Below, in pieces: positions 12,301 to 22,134 of a DNA stretch of 64,000 bases. The DNA is taken from NCBI GenBank assembly GCA_051294905.1, contig CM119375.1, forward strand, positions 7,068,001 to 7,132,000, given 5' to 3'. Each line of letters opens with the position of its first letter. The stretch's first letter is position 1. Both the position numbers and the translations under genes were made by a program. This stretch comes from Botryllus schlosseri (Eukaryota). The notes under the pieces are model-generated. The model was not told the origin of the DNA. It was given only the letters and a program-made list of their open reading frames with translations, and made no database searches.

Positions 12301-15300
12301 ATAGTATTTACGATGGGTAGATCTATAATAAATAAATTGAAGAATTTGTCACCACAAATACTATACTTTTCATACCCAAAATTCCAAAATTCATATCCCC
12401 CGCACTTCACAAACCTGAAAGCTGACCAGCTTAAGGACCGGCTGACTGAGCACCATCAGTTTCAATATGGTCTCGCACGAGGTCTTCAGCCAGTTGGTAG
12501 GAAAGCAATGAAGCGTCTCGCCCAGAAGCGAAACCGCGTGACAGGTCACCGAGCAATTGGAATCTGTGATGGCACCTGAGAAGAACAAAATAATATCAAG
12601 AAAAGTTCACAGAGAGAGGTTTGCAATTTTGAGCTGATAACAATTGAGTTGGCCGAAACTTATATCTCTATGGAGAGAGATATTGGATTGGATATCTACC
12701 GATATCTATCAGATGCCGGCTATCTAGTGTCCACAATGCCAGTTATAACATAAAGGAGAGAGATTTAACTTCACAACCGTCATTGACATGAAAAAAATTT
12801 TGCAAGCTGGCGGAAACCTGGGCAAGATATAATCAAGTCGAAGACAACAGCATTTAATGAGACAGAAAAATTTGAATTTGAGGTGCAACAATCACATGTC
12901 AACCTTGCCTTGGACCTGATCACAACCTGTATCCAAGAAAACGCAGGGCGTCTCAAGAAAGCTTACCAGACTTCTCAATGACTTGGATGCAATATTTCGC
13001 AGTCGGCACAGATGCTGGATGAAAATCGGCAGTGGTATTATTTCCCAGAAAAGCAGTTGACTTAAGCACTGAACACACGCCTTGATGCACAACCTTTCTG
13101 ATCTGCGAAACATTATATGCTCGTGAGTTGAGAAATATTACGTATCAACGCATAAAATCAGACCTATGACACAGCTGTCAGAACCTGCCCGAAAAACGGT
13201 GACTATATTCTTGCACGATCTCTTGTTAATGGACGGCTATTAGACCCGCTGTGTCATATTGTAGTTGTTACACTTACTTTTGGTTTCGAGAAAAAACAGT
13301 TCGACAGCACATTCTGATATACGTTGGTGGTGGATGAGTTACTCCATTCTTCCGGGCCCTGGAAGTAACACAAAATAAAATTTTAGCGACACCAAGGTCT
13401 GATCGAAATTCAAAAATGGGGAGTCATCAAACGCCTTCAAATCAACTTGTGTAAATATTGAAAATATACCAATGCTCAAGATCCACGAAAAATCAGACAA
13501 GTAAGTGGTCAAAATCTGTCGATACGAAGAGTTTATCATAAAAAGAAATCACTAAATGTTTAGATAAGTGTATCAATAGATAAACGATAGAGCATAGTGT
13601 CCTATATGGTGTCGACACAGGCAAATCTCACGCCTCAGTGAAATTGTATCACGTCACAATTTCCATTTGACTACAGGCAATTTGACGGTCATTTTTGACC
13701 GGCTTGCCGAGCATTAAATTTGGTAAAACAGGTATTAATCGAAAGCTGACTCTGCACTGATTACGAAAATATAAATTTTATTCCGCTCGTGGCCCTGGAA
13801 CTCCCACAATCAGCCTAGAATTTTTCATTGTTTTGGAGATTGGCATTGGGACGCAACAATGCTGTCTGGCGAAACGTGAGAGTAGCTCAAGAGAAAAAGA
13901 GCCAGACAGCATTGTTCAGCATTGTTGCGTCCCAATGCCAATCTCCATAACAATGAAAAATTCGAGGCTGATTGCGTAAGTTCCACGGCCACGAGCGGAA
14001 TAAAATTTATATTTTCATAATCAGTGCAGAGTCAGCTTTCGATTGATACCTGTTTTACCAAATTTAATGCTCGGCAAGCCGGTCAAAAATGACCGTCAAA
14101 TTGCCTGTAGCCAAATGGAAATTGTGATGTGATACAATTTCACTGAGGCGTGAGATTTTCCTGTGTCGACACCATATAGGACACTATGGATAGAGGGGAG
14201 CTGCTACGGCACCATTGAGTGATTAAAACTGAAACACGTAATCATTGATCACACATAATTCACAGCCAAAATCCACGATCAACAAACATGAGACAGACAA
14301 GATTGTTCTGCTCACCAAGCTCCGTAGTAGGGCGCATAGACAAATTAAAGTAGATCGCAACATCGCAGGTGATTCTTTTCCGAATTTCGACATGTATTTC
14401 ACCAGCAAACTGGAAACTGACGAAAACTTCGCTCTCAACACTCCGTCAGGTACCCTGTATCGGAAAGCGTATCGGAAGGTTTATGGCACGCAGTGTCTTG
14501 GCATATAACTCGCCAGGAAGTAGTTCATATCCATATATTGAGACAAAGCTCAAGGCCTAGTATACGCTGTGAACGGTTGTCCCCATGGTTGTAACCAAGT
14601 CAGAAAGCTCCGAGTCACAAGTCAATCTCACTTTATAGTTTTGACTCGAGTCAAGTCGAGTCATTTTCAATTCACCACCGAGTCAAGTCCGAGTCCAAGT
14701 CATCGAGCAGAGGTTCAAGTCCGAGTCATGGTATTACGACTCGAGTCCAAGTCCAAGTCATTGTGTTGACTGCTCAGTTTCCAGTTAAAGTCTTGTTAAA
14801 CCCACTTTTATACCTCTGCTTGGTGATATCGATGGTTCGCATTTATAGAATACTAATTTACCTCACTTTTAACAGTTTCTGGTCGCATTTTCAAGTACCA
14901 GTAACAATAGACGAAATCCCAATGCGGTGGTTACTTTACTTGTTCTTCGAAATTACAATGAAATGTCGGTCTTGGCCGTCTGAGTCTCGAGTCATGTGAC
15001 TTGGTTCGAGTCATTCGCAACGACTCGAGTCCAAGTCGAGTCAATACGCAGATTGGCTCGAGTCGAGTCGAGTCATTTCCGTATTTTGAGAAAATGACTC
15101 GAGTCATTACAACCCTGGTTGTCCCTCAACATGGAGCTTTTCACGTATTGTATGAATTGCACTTCATCCACAGAAATAATCCAAGACGTACACAGAATGT
15201 TGGAAACACTCTTTACATAACATGCTATCACGCTTCATAATCAGAACCGAAGGAAGATTTGGCAATAATATTACAGCATCAAGATTATAATTTTGCCAGA

Positions 15301-16784
15301 AGTCAAGATTGGCCAAATTCATCCAAAGGTCACTTACAGATTTGCACATACTTATGTGAGCCTAAATTTATGTCGCATCAAAACCATCAAAATTTCATCA
15401 CTAATACAACATTTTAGCCAAATAGCCTGGTATGTATTCGACTAACCTTTTGCAGATCATGGACAATAAATATACGATTGCATATACCGACTCAACATCG
15501 TCAACCGTCTCCAATGCAGTTACAAGGGCAGCGAAGTACGCTGTGTCAGATTCCTCGGCGCCCTGTTGTCTTATTACTTCAGTTATTGCAGCAAGGATCG
15601 CGCACACCTAGTAAAAAAAAAGAATAAAGAATGATCCATTTATAAGAGGTTGATTTGCAGGCTTTCTCGTTGTTCATTGCACTGACGATATATTTTTGAA
15701 TTATTACCATGTTATATATTTGTTACTTGATTTCACATTGAATTTAACAACACACCCTTCAAGCTCTGCTTTTTGTATTAAGACCTTAAAAGTGAAAACA
15801 GTAGCTGTAACATTGCATTAAAAATAACGACATAACAAATATTTCGCTACATTTAGTAGCATAACGTACATATATAGAAAAATTGAACAAAATATTATAC
15901 ATGAAATAGATTGTGTTACTTTGGCAGACATGAGAGAGAGAGAGAGAGTGAAGAGAGGGAGGCAGAAATATTTATTGATTCGTCCAACCGTATAAAAATA
16001 ACATTGACGCATGAAATACGCATGACCCCGAAATCCCTCACCTGTTTATGTTTCAGAGAGCCTTTACGCCAGAATTTCTGAATTTTACTGAAAGACATGT
16101 TGGTGCAGTCTGAAAGCCCACTTAGATTAGTTCCGACTGTGCCTTCATCATCATCCATCATAAAATCCATGCTGAAAAAAAGTGAAGTGTCAGTCGATAA
16201 GCTGTGACGACTTTTCAGCCGTATACCAACCATTGAAGGTATAAATACAAACCACTGCGGCATAAATCATACGCACTTGAACGAGGCTGATAAATGCATG
16301 TCAAGTTAGTTTCTAATATCAAAGTGTAAGGGCCATTCGAACTGTGACAGAAGGGTTTCCAGCATAGAATAATCAAGCAGTTAAACAGAAAATTGTGCGT
16401 GACGTTGCCGCCAATTTCACTCTGTGATACAGAAAAGTGTTTGCTGATTTCTAAACTCTGTAAATTTTTTGAAATCAATCAAAATCATTAGGCTTATGTC
16501 AAATATCAGTTAATATCAGTTATTGGCAATCTAAAAGGATAACACAGATATCGCACATCGCAGTACCTTTTTCGACTATCTTTCTGACATCCGTCATGCA
16601 CCTTTACGGAATCTAATGTGAGTGCCGCGAAGCTGCTTATCGGAGGGCGTTGAGAGTTGAACAATTTCGATTTGGCTTTTAGCCTGTGTTTGGACTGGCC
16701 AGGATTGGACACACCGCTTTGCCCCTTTGCCCATCGTTTCCGCTTAGAATCGGGCGGCACTTTCTTCTTGATCTTTTTCTGCAT
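334..16784 (-). CDS. RRP12: RRP12-like ribosome biogenesis HEAT-repeat protein (NUC173 domain), 25 exons in window, 3' end beyond window start
   Basis: Exons on minus strand, all GT-AG, phases consistent: 16567-16784, 16042-16171, 15447-15607, 14316-14454, 13278-13358, 12967-13102, 12415-12575, 11861-11935, 11683-11793, 11497-11616, 11054-11133, 10463-10571, 10245-10396, 9449-9570, 9151-9385, 7270-7455, 5780-5912, 5523-5700, 4735-4838, 3644-3796, 3025-3109, 2798-2955, 1526-1617, 1090-1257, 334-479 (3433 nt, about 1144 codons). Recognisable RRP12 motifs: KRWAKGQSGVSNP, SGLSDCTNMSFSKIQKFW, CAILAAITEVIR, FERSWMLPLLK, QIWSLLPNFC, FAKNYLPILFNLY, IQKKAYRLL, RRHFRFKVKKLLERLVRKFG, DEPLDLLD. No stop codon reached, so the gene continues off-window. 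Confidence 0.95.
2126..2639 (+). mobile_element. hAT-like MITE family A (GACTCGAGTC-rich), in RRP12 intron 22
   Basis: TIRs CAGGGTTGTAATGACTCG / ..GGTCACAACCCTG; degenerate 8-bp TSD GCGTCTAC/GCGTTTTC; a truncated extra 5' end at 1923-1997. Confidence 0.85.
6466..6795. mobile_element. MITE family C (TIR ..AGTATATTCATATTGAAATRAACCCGAATATTTTCGGCTGAC); other copies or fragments at about 1713-1785, 5290-5458, 33175-33245, 39910-40258, 41988-42035
   Basis: The same ~40-bp terminal motif occurs inverted at both ends of this copy and of 39910-40258, and singly at four other places. No TSD resolved. Confidence 0.8.
8659..9039. mobile_element. P-superfamily-like MITE family B, internally deleted copy, in RRP12 intron 15
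   Basis: Termini CATAGTGTCCTATATGGTGTCGACAC / GTGTCGACACCATATAGGACACGATG; 7-bp TSD TCCAAAC at 8652-8658 and 9040-9046; most of the right arm is deleted relative to 13593-14188. Confidence 0.85.
9705..10096 (+). mobile_element. 5'-truncated copy of MITE family A in RRP12 intron 13
   Basis: Internal similarity to 2126-2639 and 18398-18916; right end GGTTACAAGCCTG; left TIR missing. Confidence 0.75.
13593..14188. mobile_element. P-superfamily-like foldback MITE family B, full palindromic copy, in RRP12 intron 4
   Basis: Inverted arms 13593-13870 and 13901-14188 with a 30-nt spacer; 7-bp TSD GATAGAG at 13586-13592 and 14189-14195; CATAG...CTATG termini. Confidence 0.9.
14584..15117 (-). mobile_element. 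hAT-like MITE family A in RRP12 intron 3
   Basis: Reverse-orientation copy with a perfect 8-bp TSD GTTGTCCC at 14576-14583 and 15118-15125. Confidence 0.9.
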
Positions 16785-17011
16785 GTTGATGACTATTGTA
16801 TACTGAACAAGTTATAGCCCAAGTGGTTGAAACCTGTTGCTGTTGGTTGAAAAGGAATATTTCGATAAGGTGTCTTCAACATCTGTCTAGTTTCTACTTT
16901 CTAGAAACTTTATAATGTTATTCATTTTTCAGTCATACCATATTGACTTCAGAGAAGAATTGTTGCATTCAACTTTCTTAGCCAGACCTAATACACGTAT
17001 AGACCTATTAT

Positions 17012-17456
17012 TAGGCTTACCATACGTCCCGTTTTAGGCGGGACAGTTCCGCTTTTTAACGTCTTGTCCCGGCGTCCCGACCAGTCAGCCAAACGTCCCG
17101 CTTTTTAAGGCCGTAAGGTATAGGCTTACCATACGTCCTCTTTTTTGAAAATTCAGGTCAGATTTAGAGCAAATTGCGAGTGATATGCCGCAAACTATCA
17201 ACGAAGTGACGCTCCGGCGGTTATTTCGGAGCGAAGAAAAACGGTGATTTTAGCTCTGAGCGAAAAGATGACCTTTTTTTTTTTTTTTAGTCATCCACCT
17301 GGCAATGTGGAGAGAAAAACGGTATTAAGATAACCTTTTTACTGTTCACAAAGTGGGAAAAATTCACCGGTTTTTGAGAATTCTTCTCCGGTTTTGCAAG
17401 TCGTAAATTTCTGAAAAAGTGTCCCCCTTTTAGATTTCCAAAATATGGTAAGCCTA
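17012..17456. mobile_element. hAT-like MITE upstream of RRP12 start codon
   Basis: TIR TAGGCTTACCATA / TATGGTAAGCCTA; perfect 8-bp TSD CCTATTAT at 17004-17011 and 17457-17464; second copy of the left end at 17121. Confidence 0.88.
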
Positions 17457-18397
17457 CCTATTATAAAACTTGCAACAGCGACTCAAAGTCGTAATTATGT
17501 TTTCTAGCAACTCCTCGCAAGTCCCTGGTGATCTGTCAGTTCTTTTAAACAACTAATTGAGTGTAGGGACACGATGGGACACTACAAAACCCGATAAACT
17601 TGTCATGACACTCGCAATGCATTGAGGAATAGGAAACCACCGAAGAAGCAATACACATTCGAATGATAATGATAACCGCACTCCAGTACTCCAGGGTTCT
17701 GCCATATCAGAAATCAGAATGTCAACAAATTGTCAACACACGTGGTACACATGCAAGGAATTTCAGAACATACCATGTAAAATATAGCGGATCTACAACG
17801 GTCACGACTAGATAGAAGCAATTTCGAACAATTCCTGAAATTTTCTAATCGAAATGACTTCATTACGATAAAATACCGTAATGGATATGTGATGAAATAA
17901 ACATTTCTCAGGGATAAAACATCGCTGCCAAAATATAGTCGCCGCTAGGTAGAGCAAGTGCGCAACGAAACCAACAAAAAATAATATGACTGCGGGTGAT
18001 TTTTTTACCTAAAAAACGGAAGATTTTACCTAAAAAATCAAAACTTTTACGCTAAATTCTGCAACGGTATTTCTGCGAAGTAGGCTAGAAGCTACAGTAG
18101 GCTACACAGACTTTGTAAAGAATGTTGACGATTTTTTGACCTATCGCTATAATCTTGACGAAAATTTTGACTTATTTTGACATGTCAAAAAATCTCCCTA
18201 CTCGAGTATAATCATAACCAATAATAATAAATAATCGTCGGATTATATTTTCAACTGCCCAATACACACACACACAATGTACAATGCGATATACAAGACA
18301 TAATGCGATGTAATGCTGTGTCGTTATAACTTATAAGGAGTGATATGTGATAGCGGCCTACTCGAATAATCGAGTCGAATCGAATCCTACTACTCGA

Positions 18398-18916
18398 CAG
18401 GGTTGTAATGACTCTAGTCAGGACTCGAAATATGGAAATGACTCGACTCGAGTCAATCTGTGTATTGACTCGACTTGGACTCGAGTCATTGCGCATGACT
18501 CGAGCCAAGTCATTGACTCGAGACTCAGACGGCCAAAACCGACAGTTCATTGTAATTCCAAAGCCAACACACTATTGGGATTTCGTCTGTTGGTACTGGT
18601 ACTTGAAAATGCGACCAGAAACTGCTGAAAGTGAGGAAAATTCGTATATTATAACATCAAACCATTCGATACCGCCAAATAGAGTTACAAAAGTGGGATT
18701 TTAACATGACTTTTACAAGAAACTGAGCAGTCAACACAATGACTTGGACTCGACTCGAGTCATAAGACTGTGACTCGGACTCGACCCTCTTTTCGCTGAC
18801 TTGAACTCGGACTTGACTCGGTGGTGAATTGAAAATGACTCGACTTGACTCGAGTCAAAACTATAAAAGTGAGATTGACTTGTGACTCGGTGCCTTGTGA
18901 CTTGGTTACAACCCTG
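18398..18916 (+). mobile_element. hAT-like MITE family A, intact
   Basis: TIRs CAGGGTTGTAA / TTACAACCCTG; perfect 8-bp TSD CTACTCGA at 18390-18397 and 18917-18924. Confidence 0.9.
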
Positions 18917-19579
18917 CTACTCGACACAGAATGGAATCACTAAGGTACTCGATCTGTGCTTACCGCCCCTGCGAATACAATGAAGATTCCGCGTCGGTGG
19001 TTAGTCTGGGATCCTCTTCCCCGCGTCGCTGTTCTTACGGCGACAAAAAAGTCAAGAAAAAGATCCGATGAAAGAGCGCACTTACAATGAATGGAAAGAG
19101 CAAGAAACAGCTAACATCGAAAAAAGAACTTTGGCATTGGGTGCCTACAATAGGCCAATGAGAATACCAGTTTAAGAGACCGCAACTGCAACCGCAACTG
19201 GTCGTTCGGCATCCTCCTATATCTGTCCATTACATCGAATTGTGTCTTGTCGCATTGTAGGCTACATTGTAGGCCTATGTGTCTAGTTCTGATGAGAATA
19301 TAATCTGACGATTATTGATACGATTAATATTGATCCAACATTCGATATTAATGCAGTACTGGTAACTGATCGTCCGAGGAGGATGTTAGATTTGATACAC
19401 TGAACTTCGTCTTTTTAATATCCTCCTATGTAGATGCCTACTCATCACGTCACCCCGTGACTTATAAGTGGCATCGTGAATCTTGAGCGGACGAAATAAT
19501 AGAAACTAACTTTGATATCATCATGATTTCTGTTTCGCAACAATATAATCGACAGGGGTCGCTACACAATAGGCTACAT

Positions 19580-19809
19580 CTGTGGTTCCCAAATTTCATT
19601 GATTCATCGCCAGGGGCTATTCGCCCCTTATCAAGCTCAAAATATCTTTATCGTCCCGTAAAAACTAGTGGTCACCAGTAACCTTACCGTTCTACTTTTC
19701 CGTAGCATTCAAATAGGTGGTATCTACTTACTCAAGTAGTTTTGCATGTGTCATACTTCAGCAGTTTCTTGCCTACGCATCTCAAAATCTCCCACTTTGG
19801 GAACCACTG
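19580..19809. mobile_element. hAT-like MITE (Charlie/Buster-type ends)
   Basis: CTGTGGTTCCCAAA / TTTGGGAACCACTG ends; degenerate 8-bp TSD GGCTACAT/GACTACCT. Confidence 0.75.
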
Positions 19810-20334
19810 GACTACCTCAAAAGAAATTAAACTGCAGGTTTTTTATTGTTGTATTCTAGCTATCAAGTCCAGCGCTACAACATCAATTACGAATTAGAGT
19901 GCGATGTCGACTATGCGATCCATGCCTATGTGTGCTCTGTAGAGGTACAGGTATATCTAGTCTCCTCTGACGATCTGGTTAGGCGATGTCTTTTTTCACC
20001 GAAGAGTGAAATGGAAGTCGAACTACAAATCGGTAATCGGTATTAATGGATAGCAGAAAAAACAGATAAGCCCTAGATATTATAACTATAGATGTCGAAT
20101 ACCATGACATAGAAACTACGAAGCGACTCTATCAGATCTCTGTCGTCTCATCTCATCGACCGGGAATTTAAGGTGGATTATCATTCAGCAATAGTAACGC
20201 AGTGTAGTGAAACTCCGGGACTTCCCCATTCTCAGTCGGCTCTCCACGTGTAGGGGTTTCCACAGCGAAACACGTTCATATTTTGTGCATGCGTCCTTCC
20301 CGATTTATCCCTACCAAGAACCCTGGTTTGGGAC

Positions 20335-21135
20335 TAGGGTTACATTTACAACAAAAATCAATTTAAAACAAACAGGTTTTAAACAGGGCCCTTGTTTAAA
20401 ACATGTATTTTAGTGTGCTTTTCGTTTTGTTTATCTTTTAGCCATGGAGTCTCGAATCTTTACCTGTGACGTCACAGTAAATTGACATTGACAATTGAAA
20501 ATATGGGGTAAATATGGCTCCTTCGACGAAAAGGGCTTCCGACCACTGTCAAAAACAGACCAAAATATATTCTAGGACTACATCGTCCAGCTGAGGTAGA
20601 TTGTAATGCAGAAAGCACAGTTTTTATGCATAATCTCCCAGCAGTTAAACTTGTCTTGCAGCGTAAATCTTTCACGTATCGCCCTTTGCATCGTCGATTT
20701 CTTGAGATCGAGAACACGTAGCATTGAATTTCCAATATTTTTGAATTTTTTCTTTGATGGAAAATTTCGTCCGCGATATCGGTCTTCAATGATAAAATCG
20801 ATTTATCGATAACTGGGAAAGTTTCAAATATCGGCCTCGATAATAATTGGTCGACCTCTAATCAGCAGAACACTCATTCCGTACCAATGATCTATATCTA
20901 CATGCTATAACTGTTGAACCGACGATGATTTAGAGGGCACCAGTCACCCCCCATCGTATACGTCGACTATATTGGTTGTAAATTGTCCTTAGACTCATAC
21001 TATATGGTTCATCATTCATAGCATAATTAGACAACGTTTAAAAAAAATATTGTTTTTTAGGGCATTTGTTTAAAACACTGTCTAAAATAAGTTTTAAACA
21101 AAGTGTTTTAAAACACCGTTTGTTATGCAACCCTA
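20335..21135. mobile_element. MITE family E (TAGGGTTRCA ends); second copy at about 47656-48403
   Basis: TAGGGTTACATTT / ATGCAACCCTA ends; shared internal block GACGTCAC..TTGACAATTGAAAAT..AAATATGGCTCCTT with the 47.7-48.4 kb copy. Confidence 0.75.
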
Positions 21136-21669
21136 TTTGCTTCTTCGTAATATTTTGAAAACTACTTACTTACTTTTCGCTATTTTCAGTTTGTCAAGTA
21201 GAAGTAGTTTAGGATAGCCTGAGATAGCCTATGGAATTTCGAGGCTGTTTTCACGTAGTACCAACCTAATTTTCATAAAAGTCATGTAATACCCAGAACT
21301 TCCGTTGCGCTTCGCGCACAGTATATATGGAGTGACAGATATGTTTTAAAGAAAGTATCACTAAATATAATTTAGATACCGGTTGCGTGGTTCCGTTCAC
21401 ACCGCATTGTCGCCTATATCAAATATTTCATCACAGTAGGTATGGCCCCCCATAACGTTTGTCCTAATCTGGAAAAGTGGACTTTGACTTTTTTTTAACG
21501 TTAAACCTGTTTTAGCAGACTACCATTGAAACTTTCTGGACAAAAGACATGAAATATATTTTCCGCTTTTTATAAGTAGCATTTGTATTTTACTTTCAAT
21601 TACGAGTATTATACGTTGAGCTCTAATTACAGTTTCATTTTTTTTGTCTGGAGAACATACATGTGGAAG

Positions 21670-22134
21670 CAGTGGTGGCCCTATGAACGGGGGGGGGGGG
21701 GGGGGGCGGGCGAGACTTACCGGGGGGCCCCTATAAGTATCTAACCGTAACTTCTGGGGGGCGGAGCCCCCCAGACACACCTTCCGCATATGTTATAATT
21801 AGCTATCTTTCACCGCCTCAAGGTTTGGCCAGATGCTGGATTCGGCCATATCTATTATTGCATGTGTGCAAGGATAGACTACATCAAAACTAAGTAATTC
21901 TACCGCATGCAGAGACGTGCTGATTATAGGGATACGGGACTTTTCTAACAAATGCAGAGATTTGATGATGATTGACACATCTGTACGGAATCATATTCTT
22001 GCTTGGGACACGGATTTCCATGTTTATTCGCTATAATCCCTGAAAAAAAAACGCATGAACCAAAGAGGGGGGCCCCTTCGACCAGGGGGGGCCCGGGCGA
22101 CCGCCCACCTCGCCCACCCCAAAAGCCACCACTG
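21670..22134. mobile_element. hAT-like MITE with G-rich subterminal regions
   Basis: TIR CAGTGGTGGC / GCCACCACTG; perfect 8-bp TSD TGTGGAAG at 21662-21669 and 22135-22142; G18 run at 21689-21706. Confidence 0.88.

Noticed and set aside
18931-19161. ATG-started frame of 46 codons + TGA + 29 codons next to a MITE
   Set aside because: No family recognised and no splice or SECIS support; more likely decayed transposon or random sequence.
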